The position numbers and the translations under genes were made by a program. Shown in pieces: positions 41,383 through 51,081 of a stretch of 64,000 nt of DNA; within the stretch, counting starts at the first letter, position 1; each line of letters opens with the position of its first letter. The stretch lies in the NCBI GenBank assembly GCA_963794325.1, contig CAWCDG010000005.1, forward strand, positions 320,001 to 384,000, read 5' to 3'. This DNA is from an uncultured delta proteobacterium (GTDB lineage: Bacteria; Desulfobacterota; Binatia; Binatales; Binataceae). The notes under the pieces are model-generated. The model worked only from the letters and a program-made list of their open reading frames with translations, had not been told where the DNA came from and ran no database searches.

Positions 41383-44300
41383 CTAGCGATTCTCGCGCGC
41401 AGTTGGCTTGTCGCTCACAGTGTAAACTTGGCCGGCCCGAATGTAGAGCTTTCTGGCTTCCTCCAGCGTGAACGGGCGTGCGCCGCGGCGGCCGAAGACC
41501 GCCAGCTGGTTACCGCTCTCGTCGACGGCGCGATCGCGGTCGAGACCCTTCGGAATCGCAAGCGCGGGCCCTCGCGTCGCAAAGGTCGCGATCAGCTTGG
41601 GTGAAGGACGCGGAGAAAACCCCTGATAGGTTGGGGAGTCATTCGGAGAGATCAGCTCCAGCACGTGCAGGCCGTTCTTTCCGTCGGCCAGATATGCAAA
41701 AACACTTGCGTCGGTCATGCCTATCTTGGTGTCGTTCAGATCATTGATCTTGCCATCGGCATTGTAGGTCTGATCGATTCGCGGATGCTCGGGACGTTCC
41801 ACATCGACGATCACCAACCCCTGTGCTCCGGCTGATAAGTATGCGTAAGTGCGAGCCACGTAGATGTTGCGCGCATCCGGCAGCGCAATCGCGGCGGCGT
41901 CCACGGGGCGCGGACTGGTTGGCTCGGTAACGTCGATGACCTTCAGTCCCTGCGAGTCGACAACGAACGCGTAACGAAATTGCACCGAGATTGCCCGCGG
42001 CTGGACGACGTGCGGCGCGTTGACTTCGCTTACCACCTTGAGCTGTGCGGGGTTAGAGATATCCACAACAACGATTCCCCGATCGCAGAGCACGTACGCA
42101 TAGTTACCAGCGATCGTACCGCCGAGCGCGCCGTTCAGGATTCCGCCAGGATTGAACCCAGGGCCACGCTTGAAGAAGTTATCGTCCGGATTGCCATTCC
42201 CCAGGGTTATTACATCAACTGCTATAAGTCCTTCGTACTTGTCCGTGATGAAAGCGTACTCAGCAGAGAGCGGGGGCTTTTGCTCCAGGTTCTCCGCGCG
42301 ATGCGATCGCTGGGGATCTATAAGCATGGTCGTCGGCAGCATGACGGAGGTCGCGTACTTGGTCGACACGTAGGTTCGCTGCCCTAGCGGCGAAACGGGC
42401 GCGGAGGTAAATCGCTCGGAGAATCCCTTGTTGTCCAGATTCGCTATATCGTAAACGACGAAACCACCTTTGCCCTGCGCGGTGAAGAGATACTCCCCTC
42501 GATTCTGGATAGTCTTACATTCGCCGTGGAATTCAGGCGCGGCGCCTTTCCACCCGATCTTAAGGACTGCGCCATGCTCAAAGGAATCGTGCAGGACACG
42601 TCCGCCGGTTACGAAGGATTTGAATTCGTCGGGATAAGCCAATTCGTGCAGATGACTCCCAATAACAGCTTGAGGCTCGTCGCGTTCTGTAACGATCACC
42701 GCTTCCATTCCTTCAGTTCCTTCGGCAACCCAGCAGTACCTTCCGATGAAATTGACGAAATTGGTGCCTTGCATCAGCAACTGCGCCATCTTTGCGTTGT
42801 TGTCGTTGTCCGCCGAGATGTGACAATCGGTGCATTGCTTGGTCTCTTCCGCGCGGACCGTGTGCGGAACCGTCGTACTGAATGCCTGCGCGGCAAAGCC
42901 TTCGGCAGAAACTGGAACCTGCTGCGTGTAAATCACTTCGCGCTCGGGATTGTATGAAGAAACCTCGACGGCGCATGACGACCGCGCCGGCGAAATCCGG
43001 TTTCCGGTAGTCACGCCGTCCTTGGCGATCATGAAAACGTCGTCGCGCAGCGTCTGAAAGTTGTAGCTGGTCCAGTTGCGCGTCATGTCGCCGTCGTAGT
43101 GAAGAATCGGGCGACGCATGTTCGCCTTCATCGGCAGATGGCATCCGAAGCAACTCGGAACCCATGACGAATGACAGGTCTGACAGGCCATGCTATCGAG
43201 CGGATGCGCCAGGTCCGCATCGGAAACGTCGATTTTACCCCAGGTCTTACCGTCCTTCTGGATTGTGTGTGCATAGGCGGCCTCTTCCCAAGCACTCTTC
43301 CATGCCTTAGAGGCGGGATTATCGATCGTAGCGAGTTGAGGTATAGGCCATTGCAGGTCCTTGTCCATTGTGGATTGTTGCTTGACTTCGATTACGCCGC
43401 CAGCCTCGCGCCGCACTCGAAAGCGCTGTCCGAAGGGCGTCTTCTTCGCGCCGGAGTCCCTGGAGAAATTAATTCGCTCACCCGCTGCGCCATTACCGCT
43501 GGCTTCAAAGGTCGTGTACTTCGAGTAAGTACCGTGACAGTCCTCGCATCGAACCTGGATGGGCCCACGCACCTCATCATATAGCTTGCCATTACCATGT
43601 GCGTCGCCAACGAAATGGCAGTCTGCGCATTGCATTCCGTATTCATTGTGGATGTCCTGCAGCTTGACCGCCCGCCGCCACTTGTACTTGTTGTCTGCGA
43701 TCACGTGATCGTGCTTGTCGAGCAGATTACCGTGGGTATCGTGCTTCCAGACGTATCTGAATAGCCAGCCATGACCATGGAAATCGGCGAGCTGCACCCG
43801 GCTGAGTTTGGGATTCAGCTCAGAACTCGCCTGCAGGAACTTCCGATCCGACCATAGACCTTTGACGTTGGCGCCCTCGGGATTCGCCATCAGGTCAACC
43901 GCTTCTTCGTCCGCTCCGGGACGCTTGGCCTTCTTTGGGTAGAAGAACTCACCGTCACTTTCATTGTCCCACCAGATGGTGCCGAAGTAACTGTTAGTGA
44001 CGGTAGTCCCCGGATGGACATGGCATACGACGCACTGGGACGAAGGAATTGAATTAGTCAGTTGATGCTTGATGGGATAGCCTGACACATCTTTAGGTAT
44101 CGACTTGTCCGCCGACGCACTGTGGCCGGTATTTCCGAACTTTGCGAAGGTTCCCGAATGCTCCTTGTCGCTATCGTTCGCATAAACGACGTGGCAAGAG
44201 GTGCATCCGCTGGACCTATAGTCGCCCGGATGATCGTTGGTGCCGAGAAACCACAGCGTTGGATCCATGAGACGGGTCTTGTGCAGGCTGAGAAACACAG

Positions 44301-45138
44301 GGTCCGTTCGCACCTTGGTGCCCAGGCCTCGGACACTCAGGCGGTTTTCGCCACGCTCGAAGACACGAAGGACGTTGCCGGGCTGTGAGATCTCAAAGCG
44401 GGCGAGCGGATCCAGATAAGGCACGACTCCATGTTTGAGGGTGTCCTCCGCAGTGGGAGGGGGAAGTGTTTGCACGCGAGTAGGATTGCCGTTCTCCGAG
44501 TAGGACTCGCCGAATCGCCCGATTTTCTCAGGATAAACTCCGTTGTTGTATAGCGCCGCTTCCCACAGCATGGGACCGGTCGCCATCATGCTCTTGCGGA
44601 CGTTCTCGACTTCGTCGATGTGGCATCCCTTACTGCCGCAACTCATACGCGCCGCGCGCAAATCGCCCGGATTCACAAATCGCACAAACTGCGGCGACTC
44701 GTTGTTTAACATCGAATAGGAGCGCACCGGATTCTGGCCGCTCTTTGGCCAATCTTCGGGATAAAGCGGCTGAACGTGAGCAGTTTCTTTTTTTGACGCC
44801 TTAGGATCTCCGCCGTGACAATCGACACATCCTATGGGCAGTTTGTCGGGATGCATCTCCTCGATTCCTGCGTGACAACCGGCCGCTTTGCAGCCGACGC
44901 TTTTCGCATCCGCCTCGGCCTGCGTCTGATCGGAAATGTCCGGCGGAATTATTACTTTGGCGTCTGCAAGGCGGGCTGGTACTGAATGCTCCGGAAGCAT
45001 CGCGCCAGGATTTGCAGGATCGTAAGCGCGATTGCATCCGAGATACACCATAGCTGTGCCGAGAATCGCGCATACCACGAGAGCTACGCGCAGCATGGTT
45101 CGTATCAACTGCGTAGGGTGGTCTCGGCTCGGTATCAC
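41383..45138 (-). CDS. Large multiheme c-type cytochrome with C-terminal LVIVD repeats, probable lipoprotein
   Basis: 8 CxxCH (CVDCH, CTSCH, CVVCH, CADCH, CEDCH, CQTCH, CFGCH, CTDCH) and 2 Cx4CH; IVVVDISNP, LKVIDVTEP, LVIVDVERP repeats; hydrophobic leader ending YLGC. Confidence 0.88.
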   Translation of the reverse strand: MIPSRDHPTQLIRTMLRVALVVCAILGTAMVYLGCNRAYDPANPGAMLPEHSVPARLADAKVIIPPDISDQTQAEADAKSVGCKAAGCHAGIEEMHPDKLPIGCVDCHGGDPKASKKETAHVQPLYPEDWPKSGQNPVRSYSMLNNESPQFVRFVNPGDLRAARMSCGSKGCHIDEVENVRKSMMATGPMLWEAALYNNGVYPEKIGRFGESYSENGNPTRVQTLPPPTAEDTLKHGVVPYLDPLARFEISQPGNVLRVFERGENRLSVRGLGTKVRTDPVFLSLHKTRLMDPTLWFLGTNDHPGDYRSSGCTSCHVVYANDSDKEHSGTFAKFGNTGHSASADKSIPKDVSGYPIKHQLTNSIPSSQCVVCHVHPGTTVTNSYFGTIWWDNESDGEFFYPKKAKRPGADEEAVDLMANPEGANVKGLWSDRKFLQASSELNPKLSRVQLADFHGHGWLFRYVWKHDTHGNLLDKHDHVIADNKYKWRRAVKLQDIHNEYGMQCADCHFVGDAHGNGKLYDEVRGPIQVRCEDCHGTYSKYTTFEASGNGAAGERINFSRDSGAKKTPFGQRFRVRREAGGVIEVKQQSTMDKDLQWPIPQLATIDNPASKAWKSAWEEAAYAHTIQKDGKTWGKIDVSDADLAHPLDSMACQTCHSSWVPSCFGCHLPMKANMRRPILHYDGDMTRNWTSYNFQTLRDDVFMIAKDGVTTGNRISPARSSCAVEVSSYNPEREVIYTQQVPVSAEGFAAQAFSTTVPHTVRAEETKQCTDCHISADNDNNAKMAQLLMQGTNFVNFIGRYCWVAEGTEGMEAVIVTERDEPQAVIGSHLHELAYPDEFKSFVTGGRVLHDSFEHGAVLKIGWKGAAPEFHGECKTIQNRGEYLFTAQGKGGFVVYDIANLDNKGFSERFTSAPVSPLGQRTYVSTKYATSVMLPTTMLIDPQRSHRAENLEQKPPLSAEYAFITDKYEGLIAVDVITLGNGNPDDNFFKRGPGFNPGGILNGALGGTIAGNYAYVLCDRGIVVVDISNPAQLKVVSEVNAPHVVQPRAISVQFRYAFVVDSQGLKVIDVTEPTSPRPVDAAAIALPDARNIYVARTYAYLSAGAQGLVIVDVERPEHPRIDQTYNADGKINDLNDTKIGMTDASVFAYLADGKNGLHVLELISPNDSPTYQGFSPRPSPKLIATFATRGPALAIPKGLDRDRAVDESGNQLAVFGRRGARPFTLEEARKLYIRAGQVYTVSDKPTARENR

Positions 45139-45157
45139 TCTCGATCGCTCCGACTGC

Positions 45158-47152
45158 TCAATAGGTCAGCGTGAGATTCATGAAGCTCGAGAAGAGCGTC
45201 TTTGCCTGATAGATATCGCGAAACCCATTGCCAGGAGCCAGGACCGAGAACCCGCCGGTCACGATGACGTTATCAATCAGCAGCGGTCGGTAACGGAACG
45301 CGACACTGTAGTCAAAACCAACATTGTGACCCAGGTCATTTTGATGGAGTATCGATTCCAGAACGGCAACCTTGTCGAACTGGATGAAGCTCACGTTAAA
45401 CATCGCCATAAGCTCAGGCGTGATCTTGGCGTCAACACCCGCGTTGTACTGCAAGACGCCGGGATTCACGAAGTTTGCCTGCCCCTGTAGTTTGTCACGC
45501 AAATCCGGAACCAGGCTCAAAGGATTGATCAAAGGAACTTGTGTGCCGGACAAGCCGATACCCACACGGTTGAAATAGGAGAATGGGACTCCGGAGAAAT
45601 TCGGATCGTCCTGTATCGTGTCGAATCCGCTCGCGGTATGCCCGTGTGGGTTGCCGCTCCCCGACGCATAGAAAAAGGAGCCCCTGAATCGGAGCCAATC
45701 GTGATCGTACGAGAGCTCGAGCGCTGCCATCTGCGCGTTGATATTGACCTTGTGGCCGGCGATGTCGTTGAAGCCGTCGTGGCCAACGGCTTCGTAGAAC
45801 GCATGCGAGACGTTGATTCGGCCTATGTGACCGTCACTGGTACAGCCGAAATAGGCCGTATCGACAGCGTGAGGTTTAACCGTTCCGATCAACGACGGAC
45901 GCACCAGGAACCCATTGTCGTTGTATAGGATGTGTCCGTTGTCGTTGTTATAGGCGAAGTCTAACTGCATATTGTAGCCGTCAAACAGAAAATCCTGACG
46001 GGTGAAGTTGAACAGTCCTATATTCTGATCGCGCCCGACGAATAGCGTGTTCAGTCCGCTGTTAGTGTCCTTTTCGAGAGGCCTGAAGTATGCGAGGTTC
46101 CATTGATCGCGGTTCGACTCGAAATTGCCGAACAGTCGAATGCCCGGATCGTTGTCAGAGAAGATGAAGCCACGGAAATCGCTGGTGAAACCCTGAACAC
46201 CCGCAGTCACTGACACGATGTCGTAGTAAGGGCTGAGGTCGGCGAGCTTGTAGGATACGAAGGCCTCCTGCACCGCGATGTGGCCGTTGGTGCGAGTGGT
46301 TCCATCGGCCGGATTGACATTGACGATCCCTCTTTCGTTTGTGTCCAGGTAGTTGAGATTGAACACCGGGGTAAACTTGAATTCCCAATCAAGCGGCTTG
46401 AAGCCCGCATCGCCATGGAACAGGTCGAACGAAAAAATCAGATTTTCCTGAACTGAAGTCTCGTCGCCGCTGCCAAAAAAGTTTGAACTATTCGGGCTCT
46501 GGGTGCTCACTCCGCTGGCCACCGGTAGCCGTTTGAACACCCAATCGACGTCATTGACTCCGGTCAGATCCAAAAACGTGTGGTCGCCAATAATCGGATA
46601 GTCGCCTTTCAGCACGTTCTGGTCGTAAGGATCCCACCAATGCCCCAACTGATACGGGTATTCGCCGGGGGTATTGAGCGTGTAGCGATCCCAGTCAGGA
46701 AATCCTATGCGCCATCGATCCGGTACCGGGATGAAATCCTGATCCGGAGTGGACTTAACCGCGGGCTCTAATACCGGTGGCGCAAAACCAAGCGGCGCCA
46801 TCGGATTAGTCGCGCCGCTCCATTCGGCGGCCTGCGCCTTCAGCTTCTCGTCGGTCGAGCTGGCGCTGCTTTTGTTTGACGGGCTCGAATTGGACGCTGC
46901 CTCCGTCGACTGGTCGTCGTTGGCCGCGACTATTCGTGGAAAAAATATTGTGACAGAGACGAGGAGACCGACAACGCTCAGGCGGAGCAGGCTTCGAGAA
47001 CCGATAGCGAATCGCGAGGTCGCGACCACCGCAGGAGCCCGACTGTTATTCAAAACAGGCGGAACATATTCCAGACGTTCGCATAGTGTCAACCATTGCG
47101 GAGGCCCGGCTTGACTCTGGGCAAGTCCTCTTGTGTATTGTAGCCGACTCAA
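45158..47152 (-). CDS. Probable outer-membrane beta-barrel protein
   Basis: Signal-like segment, amphipathic aromatic-rich strands and C-terminal FMNLTLTY. True start is probably downstream of 47152. Confidence 0.68.
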   Translation of the reverse strand: MSRLQYTRGLAQSQAGPPQWLTLCERLEYVPPVLNNSRAPAVVATSRFAIGSRSLLRLSVVGLLVSVTIFFPRIVAANDDQSTEAASNSSPSNKSSASSTDEKLKAQAAEWSGATNPMAPLGFAPPVLEPAVKSTPDQDFIPVPDRWRIGFPDWDRYTLNTPGEYPYQLGHWWDPYDQNVLKGDYPIIGDHTFLDLTGVNDVDWVFKRLPVASGVSTQSPNSSNFFGSGDETSVQENLIFSFDLFHGDAGFKPLDWEFKFTPVFNLNYLDTNERGIVNVNPADGTTRTNGHIAVQEAFVSYKLADLSPYYDIVSVTAGVQGFTSDFRGFIFSDNDPGIRLFGNFESNRDQWNLAYFRPLEKDTNSGLNTLFVGRDQNIGLFNFTRQDFLFDGYNMQLDFAYNNDNGHILYNDNGFLVRPSLIGTVKPHAVDTAYFGCTSDGHIGRINVSHAFYEAVGHDGFNDIAGHKVNINAQMAALELSYDHDWLRFRGSFFYASGSGNPHGHTASGFDTIQDDPNFSGVPFSYFNRVGIGLSGTQVPLINPLSLVPDLRDKLQGQANFVNPGVLQYNAGVDAKITPELMAMFNVSFIQFDKVAVLESILHQNDLGHNVGFDYSVAFRYRPLLIDNVIVTGGFSVLAPGNGFRDIYQAKTLFSSFMNLTLTY

Positions 47153-47218
47153 TCCGGGGATGATCTTTTCCCCAAGGTCGACTGCTCGCTATCGTTCGCT
47201 GGGGGCCTGGAGCAACGA

Positions 47219-48793
47219 ATGGGTGACAAGCATCGAGCTGCAAAGGAGGGCGCCAGCGTGCGTCGAGGAGCGATGGTCCTGCTCGCCTTCGTTCTTAGCG
47301 CGATGCATCCTGTTGCCGTTTGCGCGCTCGAAACGTTGAACACAGCGCCTCTCACTGTCAGCGACGTCGAGAACATAATCTCGGCGGCCGTGACCCGTGC
47401 GGTGCACGACAGAGTGGCTGTGATTGTTGCCGTAAGCGATCGCGAGGGTAACCCGCTCGCCGTTTACGACATGACCAACGCTCCAACCGGCAGCAAGGAC
47501 GCCGACGTCATCAACAGAATTGCGACGCTGCCCTGCTCTCCTCCCACCACAACGCCTTGCAATCCGACTCTGGCAGAGCGCACTGCGCTGGAAAAAGCCC
47601 GGACGGCGGCATTTCTGAGCAGCGACCAGGACGCGTTTTCGACCTTGACCGCTGCGACTCTGGTCGCAACTCACTTTCCGCTGCATATCTCCAACACTGC
47701 ACAAGCGCCATTGTTTGGCCTGCAGTTTTCTCAACTCCCATGCAGCGACGTGACGCCGGCTAACGGCGCGACTGGGGCGCTCGGCGGTATCCCGCTGTAC
47801 AAAAATAACGACATTGCCGGTGGAATCGGCGTCGACGGCGCAAGCAAGGGCGAAAACGAAAAGATCGCGTTGGCCGGCGATTCGAAATACAGCCCGAGCG
47901 CCGCAATCACCGCCAACCAGATCTACCTCGGCGGATTTCAGCTGCCATGGACCAATCAGCCGCCGCCGAAGCGGCTCGCATTGATTCCATTCGCCAGCCT
48001 CCCCGGAGCCCCCAGTCCGAACTACCCGGACATAATCGCCACTCCACCGACGAGCTTCCCGCCCGCGGTGTTTGCAGGAGTCGCAGGCGAGATTCGCTTT
48101 CCAATCGTGGACAGCTCGAGGCCGGTTCCGGTGAAGCTCACGGCGGCGGACGTGACGACGATAATCACCCAGTCTGTTGCCATAGCCAAACAGACCCGCG
48201 CGGCGATTCGCCAACCTATAGGGGTGCCCGCGCGAATGCAGGTCGGCGTGACCGATCTCGATGGCTCAATCCTTGGCGTCTTTAGAACTAACGACGCAAC
48301 CATGTTCAGCCTGGATATTGTTGTGCAGAAAGGTCGCTCAGTAACCGCATTCAGCGATCCCAATCAGCCTCTCGGTCATCAGTTGCGGCAATCGCTCGGA
48401 GTCGGCGCCAATCGCGAGATTGCCTTCACGACGCGAACGATTGGATTCCTGGCCCAGCCTTTCTATCCACCGGGCATTGACGGGACATCGCCGGGACCGC
48501 TACTCCACTTGCAGGGTAATCTGTTTAAGATGAAACCGACGGCGCCATGCATTCCCAATGGTGTTACCAACGGCGATGGCATCACCGCGTTTCCGGGTAG
48601 CACTCCGCTGTACAAGTCGGGGATCCTCGTCGGCGGGCTCGGTATCAGCGGCGACGGCGTCGACCAGGACGACTATGTGACAAACGCGGGCGCAGCAGGT
48701 TATCTCCCGGACCTATCCATTAGGGCAGACCAGATTGTGTTTCGAGGCACCCCGCTTCCATTTTTTAAATTTCCGCGACAGCCGGGTTTATAG
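47219..48793 (+). CDS. Secreted heme-binding protein with two GlcG/HbpS domains
   Basis: IVAVSDREG..ALEKARTAAF..GGIPLYK..GGIGVDG is repeated as VGVTDLDG..VQKGRS..GSTPLYK..GGLGISGDGVDQDD. Confidence 0.8.
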   Translation: MGDKHRAAKEGASVRRGAMVLLAFVLSAMHPVAVCALETLNTAPLTVSDVENIISAAVTRAVHDRVAVIVAVSDREGNPLAVYDMTNAPTGSKDADVINRIATLPCSPPTTTPCNPTLAERTALEKARTAAFLSSDQDAFSTLTAATLVATHFPLHISNTAQAPLFGLQFSQLPCSDVTPANGATGALGGIPLYKNNDIAGGIGVDGASKGENEKIALAGDSKYSPSAAITANQIYLGGFQLPWTNQPPPKRLALIPFASLPGAPSPNYPDIIATPPTSFPPAVFAGVAGEIRFPIVDSSRPVPVKLTAADVTTIITQSVAIAKQTRAAIRQPIGVPARMQVGVTDLDGSILGVFRTNDATMFSLDIVVQKGRSVTAFSDPNQPLGHQLRQSLGVGANREIAFTTRTIGFLAQPFYPPGIDGTSPGPLLHLQGNLFKMKPTAPCIPNGVTNGDGITAFPGSTPLYKSGILVGGLGISGDGVDQDDYVTNAGAAGYLPDLSIRADQIVFRGTPLPFFKFPRQPGL

Positions 48794-48838
48794 ATATCGG
48801 AGCCAAGGTGTAGAAGTGATGCCGAGAGGGAGGTCCAC

Positions 48839-49477
48839 ATGAACAAACCAACGAGTAACCTTGCCGCGTTCCTCATGATGGCGCTCGTGGCGGGCCTTTT
48901 CGCGTTGACGCCATCCGTAGTGCTGGCCGACGGACATGCGTACGTCGGTGAAAGCAAATGCGAGGACTGCCACGATTCGCAGCACGAAAAACTCGACGTC
49001 ATCGGCCCCGACGGCACTAAGTCCGACCCGGTCACTGTCTGGATGAAGGACCCTCACCATAAGGCATTCGATGCGTTGACTGGGGATTGGGGAAAACAGG
49101 CGGCCAAAAAAGCGAGCGTCGCCGATCCACAAGCTGACGGATCGATGTGCCTGACTTGTCATGCCACCGGCACGGGCGGCAACAATCCACCTGATCCTAG
49201 TGAAGGAGTGTCATGCGAGGCATGTCACGGTGCAGCGGCTGACTATGTGGCAAGAGACAAGCACGGCGAGATCGGCAACGATCCGGCGAAAATGGCGGCG
49301 GCGGTAGCGCTGGGTATGATCGATATGCGCAAGATTGACGTGCGCGAGAATAATTGCCGCGGCTGTCACGTGGTCGATACTTCCAAGCGGCCCTGCTATC
49401 GCGCAAGCGAGAAGCCCTTCGACGTTCACAATGACAAGAAGTTCCGGCATTGGAGAGATAACATCCCGCCAATCTGA
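48839..49477 (+). CDS. Tetraheme cytochrome c (c554-like)
   Basis: Signal peptide; YVGESKCEDCH, CLTCH, EGVSCEACHG and CRGCH; SD gagg. Confidence 0.88.
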   Translation: MNKPTSNLAAFLMMALVAGLFALTPSVVLADGHAYVGESKCEDCHDSQHEKLDVIGPDGTKSDPVTVWMKDPHHKAFDALTGDWGKQAAKKASVADPQADGSMCLTCHATGTGGNNPPDPSEGVSCEACHGAAADYVARDKHGEIGNDPAKMAAAVALGMIDMRKIDVRENNCRGCHVVDTSKRPCYRASEKPFDVHNDKKFRHWRDNIPPI

Positions 49478-49548
49478 TCTGATCCTGGGTTGAGCCGCTA
49501 ACTGCATCATGAGGGGCCGGCGGGCTAGCCGACTCCTTATGTCGTCGA

Positions 49549-51081
49549 TCAGAATCCTTTTCGAGTCATGCGGATACCTATCGATTTCATGAATGCGGTC
49601 GGCAACTCCGCATTTAGCATCGCGAACACGAAGTCGTTCTCGATTTCAATCGGCTCGGTCAGCCTTACGACGCTCGGATTGGCTTCTTGGCGCTCCGCGG
49701 AGGGTGTCTGAGGCGCTCGCTCTTCGGTCTTGCGGCTTCTGAACGATGTTGTCAGCCACGCGAATAAACCACGCCGCGGCGGTTGTTGAGCAGACTGGTC
49801 TGTCGTTTCCTGCACCTGCTGGCGCGATGATTCCGCCATTGGAGCAAGGACGACTTTGCCAGGTTTGATCTCGGTCACTTGACTCCACGGATACACAGTA
49901 ATCTGCGCTCTCTGCTGCAGGTCGCTGATTTTTACGGCGTTCTCAGGCGAGACCCGCGAACTGAGTGCCGCGTCGCGGAAGGAGTAGGAGACGGTATTGC
50001 GCAGCGCAGGATCCGCGAGCATCTGTGTCACCTCGGCGCCGGAGTTTCCCCCTCCAACGACCAGGACCCGCTTGTCCTTGAACTCCTCGGGCTCGATCAG
50101 GCCGTAGAAAACGCGATCGGCCGTTTCGCCATCAACATTCAGCTTGCGTGGAGTGCCACGCACGCCGATTGCCAGGACTACATAGCGCGCTTTGAAGCTT
50201 TTGCCGGGACGCGTTGCGATTTCAAACAATTCGTCGGCCCGACTTATGGAAATGACCTCCTCGCGCTCATTGATCTGGAGCTGCATCGTACGCAGCATCT
50301 CTTCCCATTTTTCGACCAGCTCTTCCTTGGTGCGATCGCCCTCCAAATAGAAGGAGCCGTATTCATCCAGCTCGATTGGACTTGCCTGAACAAACTTGCC
50401 GCGCGGAAAGGTGCGGATCGTGCTTGCCGCAGTATCTTTCTCCAGCGCCAGGTAGTTCAGCCCATTTGACTTGGCCGACCATGCCGCGCCGATTCCCGTC
50501 GGACCGCATCCAACTATCGCGACGTCGTAAACCTCGGGCTCGACCGCTCGCTTCTCATGTCGAATCGCATTGGCAATAGCCACAACCACCTGGCGGCCCG
50601 AACGCATCACAAGATTGATCGAGGACGTTCGTCCGCTAGCTTCGCCGGCGACATAGACGCGTGGGACGTTGCTCTCATAAGTGTCGTCGAGCACGGGAAT
50701 CTCCGGCGTTCGCTGTGGACCGGAGTCCGAAACCAGCCGGCGACGTGATTCCGGCGGCAGATAGCGGAGGTAGCCAACTCCGATCAAGGTCATAGTCACC
50801 AGTGCGAGGATCGCGAGCCACCACGGACGCAACGTGACCCTTCGAAGCGCGATGCTCGGAGATCCATTGTGCAAGCCGTGCAACGAAATCGTGTAGGCCG
50901 CAAGCCGCAACTCCGGCGGTTGATGGGGCCGGGTCGTAGGCGCCTTGGACGGGAAATCCTTGATCAGTTTGCCGCCGCGATAGTAGGTGTGGAACGCGTG
51001 GCAATCAGCACAGGCATTAAGCGTCTTCTCCCATGGATAACTCCAGTACCTCGAGCTGACCAGCTTCAGCTCGACTCGAGC
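49549..51081 (-). CDS. FAD/NAD(P)-dependent oxidoreductase (TrxB/YpdA-like) preceded by a heme motif and TM helix; probable C-terminal part of a fusion
   Basis: Frame is open 49549..51081 with CADCH (50998-51012), TM WWLAILALVTMTLIGVGYL, VYVAGE, IVGCGPTG, LAIGVRGTPR and VVGGGNSG. No proper start before TTG 50910. Confidence 0.8.
   Translation of the reverse strand, partial: ARVELKLVSSRYWSYPWEKTLNACADCHAFHTYYRGGKLIKDFPSKAPTTRPHQPPELRLAAYTISLHGLHNGSPSIALRRVTLRPWWLAILALVTMTLIGVGYLRYLPPESRRRLVSDSGPQRTPEIPVLDDTYESNVPRVYVAGEASGRTSSINLVMRSGRQVVVAIANAIRHEKRAVEPEVYDVAIVGCGPTGIGAAWSAKSNGLNYLALEKDTAASTIRTFPRGKFVQASPIELDEYGSFYLEGDRTKEELVEKWEEMLRTMQLQINEREEVISISRADELFEIATRPGKSFKARYVVLAIGVRGTPRKLNVDGETADRVFYGLIEPEEFKDKRVLVVGGGNSGAEVTQMLADPALRNTVSYSFRDAALSSRVSPENAVKISDLQQRAQITVYPWSQVTEIKPGKVVLAPMAESSRQQVQETTDQSAQQPPRRGLFAWLTTSFRSRKTEERAPQTPSAERQEANPSVVRLTEPIEIENDFVFAMLNAELPTAFMKSIGIRMTRKGF

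Noticed and set aside
47050-47260. Crp/Fnr site in the divergent promoter of the island
   Set aside because: No convincing TGTGA-N6-TCACA or TTGAT-N4-ATCAA was found by eye.
41383-49477. Assignment to MtrCAB, NrfA, Hao or anammox hydrazine synthase
   Set aside because: No CxxCK motif, heme number and spacing differ from MtrA/MtrC, and the partner genes do not match. Any similarity is architectural only.
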